Shown in pieces: positions 27,572 through 37,825 of a DNA stretch of 64,000 nucleotides (its first letter is position 1; every line of letters starts with the position of its first letter). The position numbers and the translations under genes were made by a program. The notes under the pieces were generated by a model. It did no database searches. It was not told where the DNA came from and was given only the letters and a program-made list of their open reading frames with translations. Source of the DNA: Candidatus Cloacimonadales bacterium (GTDB taxonomy: Bacteria > Cloacimonadota > Cloacimonadia > Cloacimonadales > JAFGVF01); contig CAXXJV010000001.1 in NCBI GenBank assembly GCA_963663475.2, forward strand, positions 388,279-452,278, given 5' to 3'.

Positions 27572-29041
27572 TTACTCGAATCTCTGACTAATATTTATTG
27601 TATAAGTTCCAATATCAACTAAAGCTCGACCTTCAATAATTTTTTGTAGATTTGCAATAAAAGTCTTATCATTAATTGAACCTTGTCCTCTTATGATAGC
27701 CTTGATTATCTTATCATCTTTAAAAATTAGACGAAAATCTAACTTACCTCTGATAGTTTTACGTAGTTTATAGCTATTGAATTCTTGATTAATTCTAGGA
27801 AGAATAGCACTAGTAAACCACTCTCGAATCTGAGTCTCTTTTTCATTATCTGTAAGATCTCTTCTTTCGCGTTTAGTTCTTTCTATTTGCCTTTTCTCTA
27901 GTTCTGTATCATCAATTTCTGTAGATTCAATAGTTTCTACTTTTTCAAATCCATCACCTAGATTACTATTTAAAGTTCCAATATCAGCTGTTTCTCCAGA
28001 ACCAATTCTGGCAGTTCTTCTACCTCGAACATCACTAGCTCTAACACCTCTAGCAGACACAACTGCAGTATTTATTTGACTATCAGCTTGTCTTCCTAAG
28101 GCTTCAGCAATTCCACCGTAATCTGAATCTGTATCAACATCGATATCAAAGGATGAGCTAGCCCTTGATGTACCTCTAAGTCCTCTAACTCTACTTCTAA
28201 CCGCTAAGGCTGTACCTGTACCAGCTTGATCACCTCCACCTTCACCAACATTTTGATATCTTTCCTGTGAGTTAGCTTGAGCTGATCGTCTTCTCTGAGC
28301 AATTCTATCTTGAATTCTTTGAGCATCTGCTGCTCTTTGCTCAGCTTCTTCCTGAGCCTTGGCTTCAGCTTCTCCATCTCCCTCTTCTATAATTTCAGGT
28401 TCTTCATAAAATTCAGTAGTTTCCTGACTAATTTCAATTGGAGACTCAACTTGCATACTAACCATAATATTCTCTTCAGTTCTATCAAAGATTGTTTTTG
28501 CTCGGGAAGGAGTATAGGTCCATCCCACAATTGAAGCAAAAATTATTATGGCTAAAATTACAGAGATAACAGTAAAGCGAGTTACTTTTTGCTGAGTAGA
28601 TATAGCTGGCCAACGATTAAGGAGACTAACCAATTTCTTTTGTTCAGCAGTTAGCGGAGCAGGCTTTGGTATGGCTCTGAAGGAAATAGTAGTATTTTCA
28701 TCAATTACTACTTCTCCTTCATAATCTTCATTAAGATATAAACGATTATCTTTGAGCAGGCCTAGACTTTTAATTTCATCAAGAGATAAGTCTTTATCTC
28801 CCTTCTTAACACTAATAGAAAATGATTTTAATAAATTAAAATAGTATTTCCCATTCTCATTTATTATTAAATCATGTTTCTTAGGGAATGAGGGATTGTA
28901 TATCTGCCATAATAGACTTGGGTCCGAACCAATAGTCAGCTTTTTACCAATTAAAAAGTGTTTATTAGTTGTACCTTCAGAAAATGCGACAGAGAATTGC
29001 TTTCCCTTATACAGATATTTTATTAGGAATCTTTTATTCAT
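27572..29041 (-). CDS. TonB-like membrane protein (N-terminal cytoplasmic domain, single TM, charged linker, TonB-C-like end)
   Basis: 489 aa. It is the last gene after ExbB-ExbD-ExbD, with a 1-nt stop/start overlap with the upstream ExbD. TM segment FTVISVILAIIIFASIVGW, acidic/Arg-rich linker and a small C-terminal alpha/beta domain. The assignment is by context and architecture. Confidence 0.45.
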   Translation of the reverse strand: MNKRFLIKYLYKGKQFSVAFSEGTTNKHFLIGKKLTIGSDPSLLWQIYNPSFPKKHDLIINENGKYYFNLLKSFSISVKKGDKDLSLDEIKSLGLLKDNRLYLNEDYEGEVVIDENTTISFRAIPKPAPLTAEQKKLVSLLNRWPAISTQQKVTRFTVISVILAIIIFASIVGWTYTPSRAKTIFDRTEENIMVSMQVESPIEISQETTEFYEEPEIIEEGDGEAEAKAQEEAEQRAADAQRIQDRIAQRRRSAQANSQERYQNVGEGGGDQAGTGTALAVRSRVRGLRGTSRASSSFDIDVDTDSDYGGIAEALGRQADSQINTAVVSARGVRASDVRGRRTARIGSGETADIGTLNSNLGDGFEKVETIESTEIDDTELEKRQIERTKRERRDLTDNEKETQIREWFTSAILPRINQEFNSYKLRKTIRGKLDFRLIFKDDKIIKAIIRGQGSINDKTFIANLQKIIEGRALVDIGTYTINISQRFE

Positions 29042-29637
29042 TATAAACCTCCTAAGCCGTAAGCTGATAGAAGTCTATAATAATCATCAGTTTCTCTTTT
29101 AACAAAATCTGTAGCAAAATAGAGTTTAAACTCTTTAGATTTTGATAGAGTTGTAACTGATGAGTTCTCATCATTCCAAATATCTATAAGCATTGATTTA
29201 ATTGTGTTGATATATTTAAAAGGAGTGTTTCGGTGAGCTTTAACTCTCACTACAACAGGCTTATTGCCAATATTATCTCCAAGTATAGAATGAATAGTAA
29301 CATCTAAAGCGCGAGTTTTAGCTGTCATCACTTCACTTGTAGTATTATTAATGTCTTCAAGCTTTGCTATAGCAATTTGCTCAGTTGAATTTTCACTCTT
29401 ATAAGTTATTACACCTGAATCTCTTCCAGTATAACTTACATTAAGAGATATGATTTTACTATTATCTGCAATCTGTTCTTCAAAGAGTGCTTCTTCAAGT
29501 TCTACACCTTCAGGGACCAAATCAGGGTCGGATGAAACATTGACCATAACAAATAATAACAAAATTGTTAAAATATCAATTAAAGAAGTAATACTCATCT
29601 GCGTAGTTTTTTTTGTTCTGTGTGCTACTGGGCTCAT
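29041..29637 (-). CDS. exbD: ExbD/TolR-family protein (paralog 2)
   Basis: 198 aa with the N-terminal signature ITSLIDILTILLLFVMV and a periplasmic domain. Confidence 0.75.
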   Translation of the reverse strand: MSPVAHRTKKTTQMSITSLIDILTILLLFVMVNVSSDPDLVPEGVELEEALFEEQIADNSKIISLNVSYTGRDSGVITYKSENSTEQIAIAKLEDINNTTSEVMTAKTRALDVTIHSILGDNIGNKPVVVRVKAHRNTPFKYINTIKSMLIDIWNDENSSVTTLSKSKEFKLYFATDFVKRETDDYYRLLSAYGLGGL

Positions 29638-29648
29638 AGTTTACTTCC

Positions 29649-30224
29649 TTATTCGACTTCACCGATCATAATATCGGAAAATTTCATCTTTTTACATAAG
29701 TCCATTGTTTTTACAAAAACACCAAACTTAACATAGTCTTTCGGTATTATAATAATAGGTAAGGACCTATTATCACCTTCAGAGATATTAGAATCACCAT
29801 ATTTATCTTCAAGCATAATTGTACGGTAAGATTTCAAAGCCTCAGATAACTTACTAAAATCAGAAGAAAGAATTTGAGCATACTTTACATCAATTGTATC
29901 ATTTTTACTGAAGGAGAATATTTCTCCCTCTTCATCAACATTGATAGTAAGTTCTAATTTTTTAATTCTTGCCTGATCTTTATCCTTTTTTTTATCTTCA
30001 GATGAAGCAGCTCCACCTGATGCGTTTGGATTAGTCAAATCCAAAGAAATATAAGCAATTGAGACTAAGACCACCATACTCAAGAGCATTGGAATCAGAG
30101 TCACGAATAAGTTCATAATCGGGACTAAATCCACTTCTTGGTGACCAGTGCTTCTATTGGCGTTTCTTCCCTGTGAAGGACTATAGATTTTATTTTTCTT
30201 TCCAACAGCAGGATTAATTCTCAT
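29649..30224 (-). CDS. exbD: ExbD/TolR-family protein (paralog 1)
   Basis: 191 aa with VDLVPIMNLFVTLIPMLL TM signature and a periplasmic domain. Confidence 0.75.
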   Translation of the reverse strand: MRINPAVGKKNKIYSPSQGRNANRSTGHQEVDLVPIMNLFVTLIPMLLSMVVLVSIAYISLDLTNPNASGGAASSEDKKKDKDQARIKKLELTINVDEEGEIFSFSKNDTIDVKYAQILSSDFSKLSEALKSYRTIMLEDKYGDSNISEGDNRSLPIIIIPKDYVKFGVFVKTMDLCKKMKFSDIMIGEVE

Positions 30225-30228
30225 GATA

Positions 30229-31050
30229 TTAGTCCTGTACTTGGTTATTGATCACATTCATTATTTTTACACTGTTAGCATCTAATTCATTAATAATCTT
30301 CTCAGCTCTAGTAGATAAGAAACCTTTAATAAATTGTATAGCGATAGCACCAATAAGTCCTAAAGCTGTAGTACCCATCGCTTGTTTAATACCACCCATA
30401 AGAACTTCAGTTTCTGAGATACCAGAGAAAGCCTGGATAAGACCCATGATAGTACCGAGAAGTCCTAGATAAGTTGATGATTGAGCAAGAAGGTCAAACC
30501 AGTGAAGACCTCTATCGATTTCAGGAATTGTTTGGTAAGCAGCTTCGTTAAAAGCATTTTGAACTTCTTCCTTTAAGCTGTCACCAGTTTTGCCTGAATT
30601 TTTAGCATCTTTATATGCTAATAAACCGATACGATAAATCTGTCCCATTGTAGTTCTTTGAACAAGTTCAGCAGCAGCGATAGCTTCTTTAAGACTACCA
30701 GACTTGACTAAACCTTTAATTTTTAAATGGAATTTGTTACTATCAATTTTCTCTTTAACCATTAACTGGTAAAAGCGAATAAGTGCATAGAATACTGAAA
30801 TTAAAAAGATACCTAGAATAACCCAGGCAAAAACTCCAGATTCTGCAAAAACTCTGATTAAATTTGTTGGCCCAAGTTTTGCAATCCAATCTTCTGAATC
30901 TTCTTCAACTTCGGCTGGAACAGATTCTTCGTTAGCATTTTCTTGAGTTACTTGATTTTCATTGACGGCTACATCTCCGTTATCTTGGGCGAATAAAAAC
31001 CCAAAACAAACAACTAAAAGTAACATAACTAATAATGCAATCTTTCTCAT
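30229..31050 (-). CDS. exbB: MotA/TolQ/ExbB proton-channel protein with an acidic N-terminal extension
   Basis: 273 aa. Signal peptide, acidic stretch of about 40 aa, then the ExbB core (STYLGLLGTIMGLIQAF, TTALGLIGAIAIQF). Confidence 0.85.
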   Translation of the reverse strand: MRKIALLVMLLLVVCFGFLFAQDNGDVAVNENQVTQENANEESVPAEVEEDSEDWIAKLGPTNLIRVFAESGVFAWVILGIFLISVFYALIRFYQLMVKEKIDSNKFHLKIKGLVKSGSLKEAIAAAELVQRTTMGQIYRIGLLAYKDAKNSGKTGDSLKEEVQNAFNEAAYQTIPEIDRGLHWFDLLAQSSTYLGLLGTIMGLIQAFSGISETEVLMGGIKQAMGTTALGLIGAIAIQFIKGFLSTRAEKIINELDANSVKIMNVINNQVQD

Positions 31051-31078
31051 ACGATCTCCTATTTGGTTTTTATATAAT

Positions 31079-31354
31079 TTAGTATAAAACTCTATTAGAT
31101 TTTAATAATTTTTCCATTATGTAGGTTTTAAAGATGAATTCTTCATCTGTTGACATTCTTGAACGAGTAATATCTATGTCAGGTAATCCAGAAGCAAATC
31201 TAGTAACTTGCTTAATTTCGATAGAATCATAGATAGTTTCAACATTACCCTCAACCTCTATATAAACTGCATCATCATCTTGATTAGTCTGTGCATTACA
31301 AAGGTTAAAAGCAGAAACCAGAATAATTACTAATATCAATATTACCTTTTTCAT
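31079..31354 (-). CDS. Small secreted hypothetical protein
   Basis: 91 aa with a signal peptide. It lies 2 nt downstream of the giant TPR gene (stop at 31357) and 28 nt upstream of exbB. Confidence 0.5.
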   Translation of the reverse strand: MKKVILILVIILVSAFNLCNAQTNQDDDAVYIEVEGNVETIYDSIEIKQVTRFASGLPDIDITRSRMSTDEEFIFKTYIMEKLLKSNRVLY

Positions 31355-31356
31355 AA

Positions 31357-34300
31357 TTATCTCCTTTCATTTAGGGTTCGGATTTGTAGATCTATTAACA
31401 ATCCGTTATCTTGCTTAGGGCTATTGACCTCAAAAATAATCACATTTTTACCTTGGACATAGTAGTCTGGACTAATGTCTAGATATGGGGCATCAGGTGG
31501 AGCAAAGTAGTAATATTCTTCGAATCCAACCTGTTGACCGTTTAGATAGATATTAACAGTTTCATTAGCTAAGAAATATATAATACTATCAATAACTTGT
31601 CCAGTGACCTCAAATTCTTTAACAAAGTATTTTACAGTTGGCTGATCTTCTATTACTTCTTCCTCAAGCATAGTTGAATCAGCTAGAGAAGCCACGTTAA
31701 GGGAATCAAGTCCTGTATTTGCCAACATAAGAGAATCTTCTAGTACTTGTGCAGATAAAGTATCTTGGATATTAAGGTCTGTTAGTAGATTATTTGTATC
31801 AACTTGCTTTGTTTCTTCTTGAAGGAGGTCTGTGTTTCTGTACCAAATTGGTATAGCCACAGAATTCTTGAATGCATCTAATTGGTAATAGTCCTCATCA
31901 ATAGTGCCATAACTAACTTGACCCCAGTTAGGATCATCAATTGTTAAAGTTTCTAATGAATCAGCCCCTAACCAAGTATTATCAGTGACAAGATTAAACT
32001 TAACAGCATTGTTGTGAATAAAGAGTTTTTCCTTATCATAAATCATAGCAAAGTTAAAACCGATATTGATATCATCAAATGACTTATTTACTACTTGCAA
32101 TGAGATGGTATTTTGTCCCTTAGAGTAGTTCAAAGATGCAAGATTATTATCATTACTTAAACCACGATAAAGATATGGGAAAGCTGATAGAGAATCTTCA
32201 ATTATCCCATCTGGTAAATATAAATTACTAATATCAACTAAATTATCATTAGCTTTGAAGCTGATAGAAACTTGATCATTGAACCAAAAATCTCCTTCCT
32301 CGACAAATCTGATTCTAGATGCCATAGGTAAGATAGGACATTCGAAGCTAGTTTCAATATGCAAAGAATCACCAGAAGGAATTGTGTAAATCATGAAATC
32401 TCTATATCCATCATTTATCTCACTTTCTTGGATGGCAGAAAAATCTTTACGCATTGAAGCTAAGAAGGGAATTTCTATCTCCTCTTTAGCTACTACTTCT
32501 GAAACACCAACCTTTTGTAAGAAAGCTACAATTTCATCTGTCCCAGGTAGAGGATTTGTTATTCCATCGATATATGTTTCATAAATTGATTTTGCATACC
32601 CAATACCGATATTATCAAATTCAGTAGCATACTGGCCTCTAACTAGATAGATTTCATCTTCATAAGCATAAAGAATCTCATCTTGTTCCTCATAGGTTAA
32701 ATCAGTTCTGCCATAGATGATATTTTGATAATTGACATATTGTCCATTTGGTAAGGTAAGGAATTTAGTAATTTGATTATAAATTAAATCACCACTATAT
32801 TTAGCAATTTTAAATTTAGCATAATCCAACTTATAAATTTCTTCTCTCTTTTCATCAACAGTTAATAAATCACTATCAAAAACTCTTTGGGCATCTTGGT
32901 CTATCAGAGCAAATTGATTTTTCACTAATTCAACAAAGTTATTAATTCTCTTATTTTCACCATATAGGTGAGTATTCCATGTAGTAGCATTGTTAACCTT
33001 AATTCTTTCATTAACTTCTGCAGGAACATCTATAAATTCCATAAATTTGTTGTATCTAATTTCAAGATCAGCTAAGAATGCTTTCTTTTCTTGTTCTCTT
33101 TCATAATCAAGAGTGTATTTATCATAGCGTTCAAGTGATGAAGGTATAGCAATTGTCTCAGCAGGAATACCATTTGCAGTAAAGGTTTCTGCTTGAGCTT
33201 TAAAGTCTTCGATTAGAGATAGCATTCTATCCCATTCTTTATTGCGATAGGCCTTTTTAATCTCCTCATCAATAGGAGATAATTGTTCAACTGCATATCT
33301 AGGATATCTTACTGATGTATTATCCGTTGCGTAAAGTATCTTAATGTATTCAAGATAGTTTTCATCATCTTCTAGTTCTTCATAAAGACTACAAATAAGG
33401 TTGAGGATGTAAATTCTCTCATAGTCAGGGAACTTCAAGTTAAAAGCAACCCATTCTTGGACTTCATCTTCTTTAGATAAAGTTCTACATTTCATCTCAA
33501 TAGCATTGAAATAATAATCTTCAGCCTTTAAGTCTAGAGAAGAAATATCTAATTTATCTCCTTCTTGGCTAGCTCTTTCATAGATTTCCAGCATCTTTTC
33601 AGAAGCTAATAAAGGATCATATGTAGTAAGAGTTGAATCTTGGACAACACCTAATCTGCTTATTAAAATAACAAATGTCTGCTGGTCATTAGGGAATCTT
33701 CCCATAAATGTATCTTCAATTTCTTGTGTTCTTTCTTTATAACCAAGAGAATCTGTTATCGAGATAGCAGCACTATAGTTGTTCCATGCTTCTTCAATTG
33801 TTTTACTTGCATCACCTTGTTCAAGTAAACGACTAACAGCAGTATCGTAATCACCACCAGCAGCATAGAGAGCTATTGCATTTCTACGTAATTCAGCTTT
33901 CTTAGCTTCATCAATAACTGAAGACTGAAGAACTTTTTCCATTTCTTGAGCAGCTTTTACCTTATCTTCCTGGTTATCTGTGCTTTGAAGCTGGCTAATT
34001 TTGGCTGATCTATTATTAAAGATTTCTTTTTCATACTCTGTTTTTTTCTCATCATCAACAAACTCTTTAGCCTTAGCGAAATACTCAATGGAAGAATCAA
34101 TATCACCGTCAGCTTTATATAATTCAGCAAGATTACGGAAGATACTTTCTTTATATTCATCTGAGATATTTAAGTCATTACAAGCTAAGAAGTCTGCTTT
34201 AGCTCCATCATTATCCCCCATTCTCCTCTTAGTTAAACCTCTATAATATAAAAGTTTATAAATAGTTTGGTCTTTATCGGGTATATCTGATGTGGATAGG

Positions 34301-37300
34301 AAATCATAGAATCTATTTGCAATACTTATGTACTGGCTCCTTCTTTCACTTTTAATATCTTCAATTTCTTGAGTACTATAGTTTAAGGTATCAAAATTAG
34401 TAGTATCTGTTATTACAGAAACATTATAAGCCCAACTGTAAGCATTTTGCTCTAAATCAGTCCTAATGTCAGTTTCAGGATTTCTATCAATGAAGTTATA
34501 AACCTTTTCTATACCATAATTATAAGCAGTAGTATCCTGTTGAGATCTCACATATTTCACAATAGCACTAATATTATTTTGATCATATATTTTAAGACGT
34601 TGAGCCCTAATTTCTTCATCAAATCCAACATAATTGGCATATTCCTCTGTTGCATTAGTGAAGGACATTATATTTTCCATGTTAGGATTTGCATCTACTT
34701 TACTATATAAGTCTGGTAAGATGAAATCATCAAAACCTTTTTGAATAACCTTAACATATGGACTTAAATCTTGATTCTTATTGTACTCATACCAATCACT
34801 AGTATAGCCATATCTTGCAATAGCTTTTCGATATTCTCTTTCACCTCTGATATCTAAAGAGTCTCCTAGTTCAAGAGAATAACGACTCATAGTTGTAATG
34901 ATTGAATCTGTATAGACAGGGTTTGTAATAGCATATAAATCTACTCTAGACCTAGCGTCATAAAGAGTAATAATATCCTCAAATTCATCAAAGATTCTTT
35001 TCTTCTCTAATAGTTTTTGAAAAATATTATTAGCAGTGGATTCATCATAGAGGGTGAAGAGCTTATTCATAACATAATCTTTTGACTTCAGTTCAACATT
35101 TGGCAAGTAGTCAACTTCATTTAATGAATAAACGATTATGTCTTCAGCAGCACTATACTTATTCTTTTGATATTCAGTAAACATATCCTTATCTGCAAGC
35201 AAGATTTCTAAATCTGCAATAGCTGCTTCATAGTTTTGAATAGCCATTTTGTGCCATGCTCTTTGGAATAAAGCTTCATACTTTTGATCAAGACTACCAA
35301 GTGCATATATTTGGTCATAAACTTTGATAGAAATACCGACATACTTTGCTGGGTCATCAGCATCAACAGCAATATCAAAATATAATTTAGCAAGACGTAA
35401 CATTGATTCAATTTGATACTTACTGTTAACATCCTTACTAAGTTCTAAGTAGTTATCAATTACTTCTCTATATTTACTTACTGATTTTGTGACAGATTCT
35501 GGTCGAGGTTGGTAGAAATAGTTTTCATCTTTCATTTTTTCTTCACGAAGATTAGCTATTTCTAAATCTAAAATTTGATTTTTATAATAAGCCAAATTGT
35601 AGAGGACCACATCTTTCTGTGGGAAATCAGGGTTTAATTCAAGAACCTTTTGATAGTTATTATAGATTAAATTATAGTTGTTACTATATATAATAGTAGC
35701 AATTTCAGCTAAATTAAAGTATAGTTTAAAATTATTATTGAAGTTATTATTCTTGAAGATAAAAGCATTTGTTCTATTATATATGCTTTCATACTGGTCT
35801 TCATATTGGCCATATTCAGCCTCAGAAAGAGCTAAAGAATCACGATCTGCTTCTTCTAAACGACTTTTATAATTCTCGTTTAATTTGCGGAAATCTAAAT
35901 CTAAAGCTATGAAATCAACATAAGTTTGTTGTTCATTTTTTATTTGATTAAATTTATTAAAAGAGTTAGAGTAAATTGATATTTTACCATCTAACTCTTT
36001 AAATTTATCCTTAACTTCTGCTTCAGCTTTAGCTGCAACAGTCTCATAATATGTATCTATAACTTTTCTTCTTTTAACTTCTAACTTACTTTCTTGAGCT
36101 AAAAATTCTTCTACTTTCTCTTCAGCTAATTCTTGTTTTTCAGATAAGTTTGGGAACTCAGCTAAATCAAACTTAGCCTTAACTCTTATCTCATCTAAAT
36201 TCTCTTGTTCATCCTTAAGAAGCTGGCGTAGTTCGCTATTTTTTTGAGGATAAGATCTTGTTTTATCTACTAAATTAGAAAGATTAACAATATATTTCTT
36301 CTTGAGATAGAGTTGATTAGCATACCAATAGGCTCTCAAGAATTGATCATCATTAGGACTTTCGATATCACTAAGAAGTTCTTCAGTAATATCAAGTAGG
36401 TAATCTTCCTCTTTATTTGCCCTGTCTCGATTTGCGATAGCGATTAATTCGTCTTTAGGTCTATTTCTATATTGATCAATAAGATCAAGTTCAACAAAAT
36501 AGGTTTCAGTTCTTTCAATGAAGGTTAGTTCGAGTTCTTTGATAAGCTGAACAGATCTAGGATCTAAGAAAGAAATCTTTTCTTCTAAAACTAATTGGTT
36601 TGCAAGAACTGCTTCTTCCTTACTAGTTATTTGCTCTCTTAAAATATTTTTTCTAGTTTCTTCAGTTTCCATTAAGAGGTTATTTCTTAAAGATCTAATT
36701 TCATTCATGAGATTTCTATTCTGAAGTAAACTAGTAAAATAATCATCTACTCTTGCTTGGTAACTAGTCATTAAGTTTGAAGCACTATCTCCATTATTAA
36801 GTTCATGGTCAATCAGTATTAAGTTGTAAAGAGTCTGAACATAGAAATCATTAGCATTTTTTGATTCAAGTAATCTTTCAAAAGTGGTTTTTGCCTTTTG
36901 GAGATTACCCGCTTTTCTGTGAGCAATACCTATTTCATAGATAACTTCACTTATGTTATCATTGTTCAATTGGCTATATGCTTGATAATAAGAAACAGCT
37001 GTTTCGGGATCTCCGTAATGAGAAAACAATCTTGCAATAGAGAGTAGAACAAAGTCATAGTAAGGTGTATCTGGCGAAAAGTTGTTTTGTAAAACATCAA
37101 AAATAGCTGTAGCTTCCTCAATTCTTCCTTCAGAAAGAGAAATGAGAGCTAAAGTCGCAGTTGATCTGAGCGTATATTCAGTATCAATAGCAGCTTCTTC
37201 CAGATATTTTTGAGCATCATTAAATCTACCGATGTTGTAGAGAGATTGTCCATATCTGAACTTTTGTGATGCTAATTCAAATTCAGGATACTCTTCAACT

Positions 37301-37800
37301 AATTCCACATATTCTTGATCTTTTCCTGATTTAAATAGAGCTAATTTCCAGTAACGAATGGTTACGTTTTTACGGTTACTGTCTGGATATCTTCTTACTA
37401 AATCATTTGCTTTGAGAGTTACCATATCCCAATCTTGAGAATAAACAGCTTTTTTGCAATCGAGAAATAGCAAATCGTCTTGTAGGCTTGCTACATTACG
37501 ATAGGCCTTAAACATCATACTTCTGATGAAATTAGAATATTCTCGATCATTCTCTTTTATAAGAGTGAAGTAGGCTTCTTCATCTTCGGCAAATTTATCT
37601 TCTATTCCAGATATATTATTAGCTCTAAGCAAGTCATTTACTTGAGTAATTCTCTCTTCTTCAATAGCATTACGAATCTCGTCTAAACTGGCAACATCTC
37701 CCCCATTATCTGCAGGAGAAGTTTGAGAGTAAAGAGTTAGTAATGATAAGTTTATAAGAAGAAGGATCAACAACATCTTCTTTATACACATACTACCCAC
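31357..37800 (-). CDS. Giant (2147 aa) TPR-repeat protein with a non-TPR C-terminal region
   Basis: An uninterrupted ORF with a signal-like N-terminus. TPR-like helical repeats run through most of the length, and the last roughly 400 aa look beta-rich. The track start is GTG; ATG alternatives are at 37791 and 37776. Confidence 0.8.
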   Translation of the reverse strand: MGSMCIKKMLLILLLINLSLLTLYSQTSPADNGGDVASLDEIRNAIEEERITQVNDLLRANNISGIEDKFAEDEEAYFTLIKENDREYSNFIRSMMFKAYRNVASLQDDLLFLDCKKAVYSQDWDMVTLKANDLVRRYPDSNRKNVTIRYWKLALFKSGKDQEYVELVEEYPEFELASQKFRYGQSLYNIGRFNDAQKYLEEAAIDTEYTLRSTATLALISLSEGRIEEATAIFDVLQNNFSPDTPYYDFVLLSIARLFSHYGDPETAVSYYQAYSQLNNDNISEVIYEIGIAHRKAGNLQKAKTTFERLLESKNANDFYVQTLYNLILIDHELNNGDSASNLMTSYQARVDDYFTSLLQNRNLMNEIRSLRNNLLMETEETRKNILREQITSKEEAVLANQLVLEEKISFLDPRSVQLIKELELTFIERTETYFVELDLIDQYRNRPKDELIAIANRDRANKEEDYLLDITEELLSDIESPNDDQFLRAYWYANQLYLKKKYIVNLSNLVDKTRSYPQKNSELRQLLKDEQENLDEIRVKAKFDLAEFPNLSEKQELAEEKVEEFLAQESKLEVKRRKVIDTYYETVAAKAEAEVKDKFKELDGKISIYSNSFNKFNQIKNEQQTYVDFIALDLDFRKLNENYKSRLEEADRDSLALSEAEYGQYEDQYESIYNRTNAFIFKNNNFNNNFKLYFNLAEIATIIYSNNYNLIYNNYQKVLELNPDFPQKDVVLYNLAYYKNQILDLEIANLREEKMKDENYFYQPRPESVTKSVSKYREVIDNYLELSKDVNSKYQIESMLRLAKLYFDIAVDADDPAKYVGISIKVYDQIYALGSLDQKYEALFQRAWHKMAIQNYEAAIADLEILLADKDMFTEYQKNKYSAAEDIIVYSLNEVDYLPNVELKSKDYVMNKLFTLYDESTANNIFQKLLEKKRIFDEFEDIITLYDARSRVDLYAITNPVYTDSIITTMSRYSLELGDSLDIRGEREYRKAIARYGYTSDWYEYNKNQDLSPYVKVIQKGFDDFILPDLYSKVDANPNMENIMSFTNATEEYANYVGFDEEIRAQRLKIYDQNNISAIVKYVRSQQDTTAYNYGIEKVYNFIDRNPETDIRTDLEQNAYSWAYNVSVITDTTNFDTLNYSTQEIEDIKSERRSQYISIANRFYDFLSTSDIPDKDQTIYKLLYYRGLTKRRMGDNDGAKADFLACNDLNISDEYKESIFRNLAELYKADGDIDSSIEYFAKAKEFVDDEKKTEYEKEIFNNRSAKISQLQSTDNQEDKVKAAQEMEKVLQSSVIDEAKKAELRRNAIALYAAGGDYDTAVSRLLEQGDASKTIEEAWNNYSAAISITDSLGYKERTQEIEDTFMGRFPNDQQTFVILISRLGVVQDSTLTTYDPLLASEKMLEIYERASQEGDKLDISSLDLKAEDYYFNAIEMKCRTLSKEDEVQEWVAFNLKFPDYERIYILNLICSLYEELEDDENYLEYIKILYATDNTSVRYPRYAVEQLSPIDEEIKKAYRNKEWDRMLSLIEDFKAQAETFTANGIPAETIAIPSSLERYDKYTLDYEREQEKKAFLADLEIRYNKFMEFIDVPAEVNERIKVNNATTWNTHLYGENKRINNFVELVKNQFALIDQDAQRVFDSDLLTVDEKREEIYKLDYAKFKIAKYSGDLIYNQITKFLTLPNGQYVNYQNIIYGRTDLTYEEQDEILYAYEDEIYLVRGQYATEFDNIGIGYAKSIYETYIDGITNPLPGTDEIVAFLQKVGVSEVVAKEEIEIPFLASMRKDFSAIQESEINDGYRDFMIYTIPSGDSLHIETSFECPILPMASRIRFVEEGDFWFNDQVSISFKANDNLVDISNLYLPDGIIEDSLSAFPYLYRGLSNDNNLASLNYSKGQNTISLQVVNKSFDDINIGFNFAMIYDKEKLFIHNNAVKFNLVTDNTWLGADSLETLTIDDPNWGQVSYGTIDEDYYQLDAFKNSVAIPIWYRNTDLLQEETKQVDTNNLLTDLNIQDTLSAQVLEDSLMLANTGLDSLNVASLADSTMLEEEVIEDQPTVKYFVKEFEVTGQVIDSIIYFLANETVNIYLNGQQVGFEEYYYFAPPDAPYLDISPDYYVQGKNVIIFEVNSPKQDNGLLIDLQIRTLNERR

Positions 37801-37825
37801 TTATCAAATTATTAAGTTAATTAAT

